The notes beneath the pieces are model-generated. The model searched no databases. It was not told where the DNA came from and was given only the letters and a program-made list of their open reading frames with translations. Below, piece after piece: positions 28,715 to 37,230 of a stretch of DNA of 64,000 nucleotides. Where the stretch lies: positions 119,544-183,543 of the forward strand of contig CBDCVQ010000009.1 in assembly GCA_965223165.1 (NCBI GenBank), in the 5' to 3' direction. The position numbers and the translations under genes are program-made. This DNA comes from Saprospiraceae bacterium (lineage in GTDB: Bacteria; Bacteroidota; Bacteroidia; Chitinophagales; Saprospiraceae). Position 1 is the first letter of the stretch. Each line of letters begins with the position of its first letter.

Positions 28715-28734
28715 TGTAGATTTTGATACCTACA
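28715..28734. promoter_or_regulatory. Candidate PadR operator: inverted repeat TGTAG-N10-CTACA
   Basis: Read directly as TGTAGATTTTGATACCTACA, 85-104 nt upstream of the padR start at 28630. A related TGTAG...CTACA palindrome precedes the second padR. Confidence 0.35.
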
Positions 28735-28801
28735 GCTGATGCGGCGACGCCAAGACGCCACGATCCAGATGCCCACAAGGGTTTGCGATTGGGTATGGGT
28801 C

Positions 28802-30136
28802 CTAATGAAGGGTCACGATAAACTCAGTGCCACCTTCTGGTGGAGAATAGGCAGATAGTGTACCGCCGTGCTGATAGATGATTTGGCGGCACAAGCTCAA
28901 CCCGATGCCTGAACCGTCCTTCTTGGTGGTAAAAAATGGAATGAAAATCTGGTCTAGTAATTCAGGAGGAATGCCGGGACCGCTGTCGATGATTCGGAAG
29001 ATGGTGCTTTCATCCCGTTTTTCGATAGAGATAATTATTTGACGCTCCTCGACTTCCTCGACCGCTTCTATCGCGTTTTTTATCAAATTGATGAATGTCT
29101 GCTCGAGCTGATCCGGGTCACCCATGAAAGGATATTCTTTCCCCTCATACTGCTTGATCAGATGGATCTCCCTGTCCTTGATCGCAGATTTCATCAGCAA
29201 CAAGATCCGATCCATGATCTCGGCGCCCTCCAGGGGCTCCTTTTGGGGTGGTGGTACTTTGGTCAGCTTTCGGTAGGTCTCGGTGAAATGCAGCAGCCCT
29301 TCGCTTCTCTTTTGAATCGCTCGGACCGCCGCCCGGATTTCCCCACGCACGTCTGGCGTCACTTCCACTTCCTGCGCCAGCAGGTCGTTGGTACTACCGG
29401 CCAATGACACGACGGGAGACACCGAGTTCATGATCTCATGCGTGAGGATTCTAATCAGTTTCTGCCAGCTGACAATCTCCTGTGCCTGCAATTCGGCATG
29501 AATATTCTGAAAGGAATAAATCAGATAAGTCAGGTCCTTGACACGCAGCTCTGTCTTTTGAATAGCCAGTTGGATGGTTTCTTGGGCCACGACTTTCTTA
29601 AACATCTGCTTATCGCCAGACTTCATTTCAAGCAGCAGGTCATGAAGGTCGTCGTCATACTTTCTAATGGATTCAAATGTCGGGAAAAATGATTTGTGCA
29701 GGGCCATCTGCAGCGCCTTGTTCATAAAGATCGTCTTTCCATTGTCCTCAAATCCGATCAAGCCAGTCTCTACCTTTTCCACCAGGGTCTGGAAATACTG
29801 AAATTGAATTTCCTTTTCCAGGCGAATATTCCGGAATTTCCCATTGATCATATTGAATGCGCCAAATAGGGCTTTCTCTGACTGCTCTTGTCCCGACTCT
29901 CGGTAATTGGTTTCGAAGTCATCGTATTTAATGCTCATCAGAAAATTGGCCAGATGGCGATTGGTCTGATTCACGACCCGAAAAAGACTGAAAATCGTGA
30001 AGACCCCCAGAACGACAAACAGCCCGCCCAGCAAAAAAGACTGCTGCTGAAAAATCAGGAACAACCCCCCCGCCAGCAGCAATACAAGCAGAGCGACGCG
30101 TGTAAAAACCTGCATCTTGAATTTCGTCAGCGTCAT
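28802..30136 (-). CDS. Membrane sensor histidine kinase
   Basis: Two N-terminal TM helices, H-box LTHEIMNSVSP, N-box INLIKNAIEA, and G-boxes IDSGPGIPPE and GSGIGLSLCRQI. It lies downstream of the response regulator on the same strand, after a 78-nt gap. Confidence 0.9.
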   Translation of the reverse strand: MTLTKFKMQVFTRVALLVLLLAGGLFLIFQQQSFLLGGLFVVLGVFTIFSLFRVVNQTNRHLANFLMSIKYDDFETNYRESGQEQSEKALFGAFNMINGKFRNIRLEKEIQFQYFQTLVEKVETGLIGFEDNGKTIFMNKALQMALHKSFFPTFESIRKYDDDLHDLLLEMKSGDKQMFKKVVAQETIQLAIQKTELRVKDLTYLIYSFQNIHAELQAQEIVSWQKLIRILTHEIMNSVSPVVSLAGSTNDLLAQEVEVTPDVRGEIRAAVRAIQKRSEGLLHFTETYRKLTKVPPPQKEPLEGAEIMDRILLLMKSAIKDREIHLIKQYEGKEYPFMGDPDQLEQTFINLIKNAIEAVEEVEERQIIISIEKRDESTIFRIIDSGPGIPPELLDQIFIPFFTTKKDGSGIGLSLCRQIIYQHGGTLSAYSPPEGGTEFIVTLH

Positions 30137-30214
30137 CGTGCCCTGGAGGATTTAGTCATCGGTGTCGCGCGTTTAATTTATGTGAAATTCCTTGAGATTG
30201 TCGTACTTCAAGGG

Positions 30215-31594
30215 TCAAATCCCATATTTTTCCAAACGGCGATAGAGTGAGGTGCGAGTCAGACCCAGTTCAGCCGCAGCCTTAGAGATATTGCCATTGT
30301 GCTTTTTCAGAGCCATGCGAATTAGTTTTTCTTCTGCAGCTTCCAGCGTGGTGGGCTCAGGATCAGAATCCACTAGTGATGCGGAAGATCGGTTGACACC
30401 AAGTGCAATATCATCAGGCAGGATCACCACACCCTCACACATGATAACGGCACGTTCGATGATGTGCCGTAACTCTCGCACGTTGCCCGGCCAGTGGTAC
30501 TGATCCAACTTTTGCAAGCTCTCGTCGCTGAGTTGCAGCTCGGGTTTCTTGTACTTCTTGCGGTACTGCTCAAGGTAAAAGTGGGTTAGCAGCTCCACGT
30601 CACCCTTCCTGTCTCGGAGGGCAGGCAACTGGATTTCGACCGTGTTTATGCGGTATAAGAGGTCCTGTCGAAATGTATTTTCTTTGACCATGTCGTAGAG
30701 CGGCATATTTGTCGCGCAAATGAGGCGAATGTCGACACGAAGCGGCTGATTGCTGCCCACCGGAATAATCTCGTGGCGCTGTAAGGCCTGCAACAACTTG
30801 GCCTGCGAAGACTGCGGCAGATTGCCGATCTCGTCGAGAAACAACGTCCCGCCTGAGGCCGCTTCAAAACGGCCGATACGATCTTGATGTGCGCCGGTAA
30901 ATGACCCTTTTTTATGGCCAAATATCTCGCTTTCAAAGAGGGATTCGGGAATGGCCCCCAGATCGACCGGAATAAAGATCGAAGCGTTGCGTTGCGACTT
31001 GCGGTGAATGGCTCGTGCGATCAGCTCCTTGCCTGTACCATTTTCGCCCAGGATCAATACATGCGCATCCGTATCTGCGACTTTGTCGATGGTGCGAAAG
31101 ACAGCCTTCATTGTAGCGGACTCACCTACGATATCCACAAAGGGCTGATCCACCGCCTCACTGAGCGCACGTTGTGATACCGCCAGCTTTTCCGCCTTCT
31201 TTTCTGCCTGCCTTCGGTCGAAGGCTGCGCGGATTGTTGCGACCATCTTCTCATTGCGCCAAGGTTTTTCCACAAAGTCTGTCGCACCAGCCTTCAGTGC
31301 CTCTACCGCGATCTTGACGTCGCTGTAGGCCGTCATAGTGACCACCGGCACAAATGGCTGAATCTCCTTGGTCTTGCGCAGCCACTCCAGGCCTTCCTCT
31401 CCGGAGTCCCTCCCCTTGCCAAAATTCATGTCGAGTATGACGACATCAGGCTGGTGTAAACGCAATAAGCGAGGCAGGTGATAGGGGTTGTGATCGGTGA
31501 AAACGGCTTTGAAATGTTGCTTGAGCAGGAACTTGAGTGAAAACAGAATGTCCTCCTCATCGTCGATAATCAATATCGTACCTTCCTTGGCCAT
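30215..31594 (-). CDS. Sigma-54-dependent response regulator (NtrC family: REC, AAA+, Fis-type HTH)
   Basis: REC domain (ILIIDDEEDILFSL...VVILDMNF), Walker A GENGTGKE, GAFTGA-type loop (HKKGSFTGA), Walker B LFLDEIG, the PGNVRELRH motif, and C-terminal HTH NISKAAAELGLTRTSLYRRLEKYGI. Confidence 0.95.
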   Translation of the reverse strand: MAKEGTILIIDDEEDILFSLKFLLKQHFKAVFTDHNPYHLPRLLRLHQPDVVILDMNFGKGRDSGEEGLEWLRKTKEIQPFVPVVTMTAYSDVKIAVEALKAGATDFVEKPWRNEKMVATIRAAFDRRQAEKKAEKLAVSQRALSEAVDQPFVDIVGESATMKAVFRTIDKVADTDAHVLILGENGTGKELIARAIHRKSQRNASIFIPVDLGAIPESLFESEIFGHKKGSFTGAHQDRIGRFEAASGGTLFLDEIGNLPQSSQAKLLQALQRHEIIPVGSNQPLRVDIRLICATNMPLYDMVKENTFRQDLLYRINTVEIQLPALRDRKGDVELLTHFYLEQYRKKYKKPELQLSDESLQKLDQYHWPGNVRELRHIIERAVIMCEGVVILPDDIALGVNRSSASLVDSDPEPTTLEAAEEKLIRMALKKHNGNISKAAAELGLTRTSLYRRLEKYGI

Positions 31595-31614
31595 ACCTCA
31601 AAGGTAGCCAATAG

Positions 31615-31630
31615 TGTACGATATCGTACA
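31615..31630. promoter_or_regulatory. Perfect 16-bp palindrome TGTACGATATCGTACA (candidate enhancer site for the adjacent sigma-54 activator)
   Basis: Read directly. It lies in the divergent spacer between the regulator (start 31594) and the adaptor gene (start 31746). Extra ATCGTAC(A) half-sites occur at 31574-31580 and 31656-31663. A 15/16 match is at 51447-51462. Confidence 0.6.
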
Positions 31631-31704
31631 TATAGTGCACGGTTCCGCACAGATTATCGTACACGCATTTGCACCCATACCTCTAATGTCTTGATTTACA
31701 ATAA

Positions 31705-31730
31705 CATATAGTTTTGGCATATATTTCTAT
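31705..31730 (+). promoter_or_regulatory. Conserved promoter box CATATAGTTTTGGCATATATTTCTAT (sigma-54 -24-like TGGCA; alternatively a Bacteroidota -7 box TAGTTTTG)
   Basis: 25 of 26 nt are identical to 51539-51564. TGGCA at 31715-31719 lies about 94 nt from the palindrome centre. The -12 region reads TCTA where canonical TGGCAC-N5-TTGC spacing predicts TTGC, so the sigma-factor assignment is open. Confidence 0.5.
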
Positions 31731-31745
31731 TACAGATACATAGAT

Positions 31746-32996
31746 ATGGATAGAAAAATCGAACGAAAGAAATGGCGATGGCAACGAATCCTACCGATTG
31801 TCATCATCGTAGGGATCTTGGGCTACGTGGGTCAGAGCGTCTATCGCAATAGCGGTAAGAGCAGGCTCAATGTCCAACCGGAGCGCCTACTCTTTGATAC
31901 GGTGCAGGAAGGTACCTTTCAAGAATTTATTCCTGTGACAGGGTCCGTCCTACCGATCAAGACGGTACTGATTGGGGCGGTCGAAGGAGGACGAGTCGAG
32001 AGCAAATTTCTGGAGGATGGCGTGCTGGTGAAGGCCAATCAGAAGATTCTCCAACTAAGCAATCCGGATCTCCAACTCAACTATGTGACGCAGGAGGCCT
32101 CTATCGTGGCTCAAATCAATCAAATCCGGAGCAACAGTCTCCTGATGGAGCAGCAGAGCCTACGACTCAAGGAAACTGCGCTGGACATCGACTATCAGAT
32201 TGATTTGTTGAGTAAGCGCGTGTCGAGAAATAAGAGCCTCTATGGCGATGGTGTCATTGCCGAAGTAGAATTTCAAGAGACGGAGGACGAATTTGAACAC
32301 CTCGAACGTCGAAAGCTACTACTGCAGGAGACCATTAAAAAAGATAGCGCCTCCGCCGAGCTGCAGCGACAACAGATGCAGAACACCCTGGACCTGATGC
32401 AACGCAACCTATCGATCGCCCGCAAGAGTCTTGAAAATCTCACCGTACGGGCACCGATAGATGGTCAACTTTCAGGCTTGGATTCAGAGCTGGGTGAACT
32501 GATCATCGAGAGCAGCCAAATTGCGCAGATTGACGACCTCTCCGATTTCAAAATACGCGTCCAGATCGATGAATTCTATATCTCTCGAGTTTTCGCAGGT
32601 CAATCCGGCTCATTTCAATTTGCGGGGGACACGTATTACCTAACCATTCAGAAAATATTTCCCCAGGTGATCAATGGGGCCTTCGCTGCTGACATGCTGT
32701 TTGAGGGCGAGACGCCCGATGGCATCAAGCGAGGCCAGACCGTCTCCGTCAAACTTGAGCTGAGTGCGCAGGAACGTGCACTGCTTGTCGCCAAAGGCGG
32801 ATTCTATCAGACGACCGGTGGCAACTGGGTCTATGTGCTTACGGCAGACGGAGCCGTTGCCACCAAGCGAGACATACGAGTGGGCAGGCAAAATCCCAAT
32901 TTTTACGAGGTGCTCAGCGGGCTCCAGAGTGGAGAGGTCGTAATCACCTCCAGCTATGAAAACTTTGGTGACAAGGATGAGCTTGTCATGAGATAA
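31746..32996 (+). CDS. HlyD/MacA-type periplasmic adaptor (membrane fusion protein)
   Basis: 416 aa with an N-terminal anchor helix (ILPIVIIVGILGYVG), a long coiled-coil middle, LTVRAPIDGQLSG (lipoyl/beta-barrel motif), and a C-terminal beta domain. It is the first gene of the ABC operon. Confidence 0.85.
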   Translation: MDRKIERKKWRWQRILPIVIIVGILGYVGQSVYRNSGKSRLNVQPERLLFDTVQEGTFQEFIPVTGSVLPIKTVLIGAVEGGRVESKFLEDGVLVKANQKILQLSNPDLQLNYVTQEASIVAQINQIRSNSLLMEQQSLRLKETALDIDYQIDLLSKRVSRNKSLYGDGVIAEVEFQETEDEFEHLERRKLLLQETIKKDSASAELQRQQMQNTLDLMQRNLSIARKSLENLTVRAPIDGQLSGLDSELGELIIESSQIAQIDDLSDFKIRVQIDEFYISRVFAGQSGSFQFAGDTYYLTIQKIFPQVINGAFAADMLFEGETPDGIKRGQTVSVKLELSAQERALLVAKGGFYQTTGGNWVYVLTADGAVATKRDIRVGRQNPNFYEVLSGLQSGEVVITSSYENFGDKDELVMR

Positions 32997-33091
32997 AAAG
33001 TAATTAGAAATGTAACTATATCGCTCGTCGTGCGTCCGTTTTTTGTGCGACCCGATTGAAAAATCAATTTAATCAACTTAACTAACCATTG

Positions 33092-33778
33092 ATGATAAAA
33101 ACTGACAAGCTCGTCAAGGTCTACACAACCGAAGACGTAGAGACCACAGCCCTTAACGAGGTCAATCTCGAAATCCAGGAGGGCGAATTTGTGGCCATAA
33201 TGGGGCCCTCAGGCTGTGGCAAATCGACCTTACTTAATGTATTGGGCATGATCGATAGCCCCACGGCAGGAGATTACTTCTTTCTCGAGCAAGAAGTAGG
33301 ACAACTGCCTGAACGCAAGCGGTCCAACGTACGCAAGCACAATCTTGGGTTCGTATTTCAGAGCTTTAATCTCATCGACGAACTGACAGTGTTTGAGAAT
33401 GTGGAACTGCCCATGTTATACACCAACACACCTAGTGCTGAGCGTAAGAAGAGAGTGGAAGAGCTGTTGGAAAACATGAAGATGATGCATCGGCGCAATC
33501 ACTTTCCCCAGCAATTATCGGGAGGACAGCAGCAGCGAGTCGCCGTGGCGCGAGCTATTGTCAATCATCCCAAATTAATTCTTGCGGATGAACCCACCGG
33601 TAACCTGGACAGTTCGAACGGCGATGATGTCATGAGGCTAATGGCCGATCTGAATGCTGCTGGCACCACCATCGTGATGGTGACACACTCGCAGTATTGC
33701 GCAGAGTTTGCCAACCGGATTGTGCGAATGCTTGACGGCCAGGTCGTTACGGAGAATGTGGTAAGACAATTCCTTTGA
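33092..33778 (+). CDS. ABC transporter ATP-binding protein (MacB/LolD-type NBD), copy A
   Basis: Walker A GPSGCGKST, Q-loop FVFQSFNL, signature LSGGQQQRVAVARA, Walker B LILADEPTGNLD, and H-loop MVTHS. Confidence 0.95.
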   Translation: MIKTDKLVKVYTTEDVETTALNEVNLEIQEGEFVAIMGPSGCGKSTLLNVLGMIDSPTAGDYFFLEQEVGQLPERKRSNVRKHNLGFVFQSFNLIDELTVFENVELPMLYTNTPSAERKKRVEELLENMKMMHRRNHFPQQLSGGQQQRVAVARAIVNHPKLILADEPTGNLDSSNGDDVMRLMADLNAAGTTIVMVTHSQYCAEFANRIVRMLDGQVVTENVVRQFL

Positions 33779-33852
33779 TTTAAAAAAAACAATATTGAGT
33801 ACTCGATGACCGGAGCGGATCAATTAAAACGCTCGGTACACCATTTATAACT

Positions 33853-34557
33853 ATGATCAAATTAATAAACATCGAACGCTATTATAAGAGCGGTCTTCAA
33901 AAGTCATGGGTACTCAGGGATATCTCTTTAGATATTGAGGAAGGTGAATTTGTCACGATTATGGGCCCTAGCGGCTCAGGCAAAACTACCCTCCTTAATA
34001 TCATTGGGATGTTGGATCAACCCAATGGGGGAGAATATTATTTCATAGATGAACCCGTACATCGCTTCAACGAGCGACGCAGAACAGATCTCCACAAGCA
34101 TTACATCGGATTCATATTTCAGGCCTATCACCTGATCGACGACCTCACCGTGTACGAGAATATCGAAACGCCATTGCTGTACAAGAAGGTAAAGCGCAGC
34201 CAACGGAAGGCTGTGGTCGCTGACATTCTCGATCGATTTAACATTGTGGCAAAGAAAGATTTGTTTCCCCATCAACTGTCTGGTGGGCAGCAGCAGCTTG
34301 TCGGGGTAGCACGTGCCGTGGTTGGCAAACCCAAACTGCTGCTTGCAGACGAGCCGACGGGAAATCTGCACTCCTCCCAGGGCAAAATTATAATGGACAC
34401 CCTCGCTCAATTGCACAAGGAAGGAATGACCATCGTACAAGTCACTCATGACGAAAAGAATGCGCTCTACGGGGACCGCATCATTCAACTTTGGGATGGC
34501 TTTATCAAGGACGACAAGATCGTCAGAGAGCGACAACAGGTGGAAAGTCCAGAATGA
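33853..34557 (+). CDS. ABC transporter ATP-binding protein (MacB/LolD-type NBD), copy B, divergent from copy A
   Basis: Walker A GPSGSGKTT, signature LSGGQQQLVGVARA, Walker B LLLADEPTGNLH, and H-loop QVTHD. Confidence 0.95.
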   Translation: MIKLINIERYYKSGLQKSWVLRDISLDIEEGEFVTIMGPSGSGKTTLLNIIGMLDQPNGGEYYFIDEPVHRFNERRRTDLHKHYIGFIFQAYHLIDDLTVYENIETPLLYKKVKRSQRKAVVADILDRFNIVAKKDLFPHQLSGGQQQLVGVARAVVGKPKLLLADEPTGNLHSSQGKIIMDTLAQLHKEGMTIVQVTHDEKNALYGDRIIQLWDGFIKDDKIVRERQQVESPE

Positions 34558-34716
34558 CCTGATCGCTGACGGCGGTATAGCGCAGACCGTCCCTACAGCC
34601 CCTGCACTGCGGAAGAGCATCCGGTTGGGCACGCTGAAGCATACTTACTCGACGGTCTCAAAGAGACATGTTGCATTTTATTGGGCTCGTAGCCAAAATA
34701 AATCTCATTTGACCCA

Positions 34717-37167
34717 ATGCTAAAAAATTACATTAAGATTGCTTGGCGCAACCTGGTGCGCAATAGAAATTATGCCGTCATTAATATTCTAGGGCTGGCC
34801 ATTGGCTTGGCTTGTTTCATGTTGATCATGAGCTATGTCCAAGATGAACTTAGCTACGACAAATTTCATGAAGATGGCGATCAGATCTACCGGATGGCAT
34901 TAGAACGCATCTATCCGGGGCGTTCTCGCCATTACGCCATCATTCCTCAATCCTACGCTGCAGCCGTAAAAAACGATTATTCGGAGGTAGAAGAATCCTG
35001 CCGTATCTTCTATTTTCAGGGAAACAATCTCGTATTTAAGGTCAACGACGAACCCTTTGAAGAGGAGTACTACCTATGGGCAGATACGACATTCTTCGAT
35101 CTATTCAAGATCCCGCTCATCGACGGCGATATCACTAATGCGTTGTCCAAGCCCAATTCGGTGGTCCTGACCCGCACTCAGGCAGAAAAATACTTTGGAT
35201 CTGAGGTAGCGGTCGGTAAAATGCTGGATTTTCCCCAAGCCCAGAATTCACTTACAGTGACCGGCGTCTGCGAAGACCTACCTGAGAATTCACACTTGCG
35301 TTTCAACATGCTGATCTCCTCCTCTTCACTGGGACAATTTCTCAGCACCCCAAATTATATCAACTTTAGTGCCTATACATACCTGAAGTTGCATCCCGAA
35401 GCTGATCCGCAGCAGCTGGAGGCAAAATTTCCAGAAATGGTCGTCAAATATGCCTCCGGCCCGGTACTCACACAATTTGGCGTCGACTACGCCGAGTACC
35501 AGCGACAGGGCAATGGCTATCGGTATTTTCTACAGCCGCTGCCCGACATCTATCTGGAGTCCAATCTCGAATCCGAGATAAAGCCCCCTGGCTCTAAGCA
35601 GCGAGTTTATTTCTTTCTCGCCATTGCCGTACTGATCCTTGCCATTGCCTGCATTAATTTCATGAATCTAGCTACGGCTCGCTCCACTGGCCGGGCACGT
35701 GAGGTGGGCATTCGAAAAACGTTGGGATCGGAGCGGCGACAAATCGCGCTACAGTTTCTACTGGAGGCCGTGATCATCAGCTTGGTCGCGGCCGGCATCG
35801 CACTGGTTATCAATTTTCTTGTGATCAACGGCTTTAATTCCCTCACGGGCAAAAACTTCTCGCCGAGCCACTTTGGAAGCATTAGTTATTTGGCCATACT
35901 GATTGGGATCGCCGGCCTAGCGGGTCTGTTGGCAGGTGCGTATCCGGCCTTTGCCCTGTCTTCATTCAAGCCCGTCGAAGTATTGAGCGGAAACCTCATG
36001 CAGAAAACAAAGGGTGCAGGACTAAGGAATGTGCTGGTCGTATTTCAGTTTGGTATTTCCGTATTTCTCATCATCTCAAGCCTCATTGTCTACCGGCAGT
36101 GGATGTATACCCAGGGCAAGGAACTTGGATTTGACAAAGACAGCGTCATCACGATCCAAGGCGCCGGCGGCATGGATATCCAACAGGGTGAAACCTTCAA
36201 GAAGGAGCTCGCTCTCATCCCTGGTGTTGAAGCGGTAAGTGGTTGCAACACGCAGCCCGGGCAGCAATATTTTGGTATGTCCTTCCAACCCCAGGGAGCA
36301 TTGGAAATGACCACGGGCAGTGGTCTTATCGTCGATGAAGGATACATCGAATGCATGAAGATGGATGTGGTGGCCGGACGGAGCTTCTCGAAGCAGTTTA
36401 TGGACACACTGTCGATCGTCATCAATGAAGCCGCAGCTCGGGAGATGGAGTTAACCGATCCGGTGGGCAAGACCATCACCAGCAACGATGGCTTTCTCAA
36501 TCCAGTGGAAGATCAGCAGTCGGTGTATACGGTGATCGGAGTCGTCAAAGATTTTCATTTTCAATCGCTGCACCACCCCATATCTCCCCTATTTCTCGTG
36601 CATAACCAGAGAAGCTTCAACCCTGGGGTGGACCAACAGGTGACCATTCGGGTGCAGGGCCAGGCTCTGCAGGGTGCACTAGCACGCATGGGCAACCTCT
36701 GGGCCGAGTTTCAACCAGATCTGCCCTTCCGCTACGCCTTTCTCGATCGAGAATGGGCGGCACTCTATGAAAAGGAGGTGACGACGAGGAAAGTATCGGG
36801 CCTGTTTACGCTCATCGCCATATTTATCGCCTGCCTAGGACTTTTGGCTCTGGCAGCCTATACGGCAGAAAGAAGGACCAAAGAGATCGGCATCCGCAAG
36901 GTCTTGGGGGCGTCTGTTGGCAATCTGGTCACTCTGCTGTCCAAGGACTTCCTAAAATTGGTCGTCATCTCGATACTTATTGCCTCACCCGTAGCATGGT
37001 ATGCTATGAACAAGTGGTTGGAAAATTTTGCATACCGAATTGAGATTGGGCCGGGCGTATTTGTGCTGGCTGCCGTCTTGGCCATCGTGATCGCCTTTCT
37101 GACCGTCAGTTTTCAAAGTGTCAAGGCCGCACTACTCAATCCCATGCATTCCCTACGAGATGAATAA
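34717..37167 (+). CDS. Duplicated FtsX/MacB-type ABC permease (paralog 2)
   Basis: 816 aa with N-terminus MLKNYIKIAWRNL. FtsX motifs are INFMNLATARSTGRAREVGIRKTLGS and RRTKEIGIRKVLGAS. There are two large extracytoplasmic domains and the C-terminus NPMHSLRDE. Confidence 0.9.
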   Translation: MLKNYIKIAWRNLVRNRNYAVINILGLAIGLACFMLIMSYVQDELSYDKFHEDGDQIYRMALERIYPGRSRHYAIIPQSYAAAVKNDYSEVEESCRIFYFQGNNLVFKVNDEPFEEEYYLWADTTFFDLFKIPLIDGDITNALSKPNSVVLTRTQAEKYFGSEVAVGKMLDFPQAQNSLTVTGVCEDLPENSHLRFNMLISSSSLGQFLSTPNYINFSAYTYLKLHPEADPQQLEAKFPEMVVKYASGPVLTQFGVDYAEYQRQGNGYRYFLQPLPDIYLESNLESEIKPPGSKQRVYFFLAIAVLILAIACINFMNLATARSTGRAREVGIRKTLGSERRQIALQFLLEAVIISLVAAGIALVINFLVINGFNSLTGKNFSPSHFGSISYLAILIGIAGLAGLLAGAYPAFALSSFKPVEVLSGNLMQKTKGAGLRNVLVVFQFGISVFLIISSLIVYRQWMYTQGKELGFDKDSVITIQGAGGMDIQQGETFKKELALIPGVEAVSGCNTQPGQQYFGMSFQPQGALEMTTGSGLIVDEGYIECMKMDVVAGRSFSKQFMDTLSIVINEAAAREMELTDPVGKTITSNDGFLNPVEDQQSVYTVIGVVKDFHFQSLHHPISPLFLVHNQRSFNPGVDQQVTIRVQGQALQGALARMGNLWAEFQPDLPFRYAFLDREWAALYEKEVTTRKVSGLFTLIAIFIACLGLLALAAYTAERRTKEIGIRKVLGASVGNLVTLLSKDFLKLVVISILIASPVAWYAMNKWLENFAYRIEIGPGVFVLAAVLAIVIAFLTVSFQSVKAALLNPMHSLRDE

Positions 37168-37230
37168 CCCCGGTGCAGAGATGGCGGGCTGACGCCGCCC
37201 AAGATCACTTAAAAGAAAAAGCATACAGTC

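Noticed and set aside
37183-37199. Hairpin GGCGG-N7-CCGCC after paralog 2 as a terminator
   Set aside because: The stem is only 5 bp with no following T-run, and the next gene starts about 30 nt later. It is more likely read-through within one operon. No convincing intrinsic terminator was found anywhere in the window.
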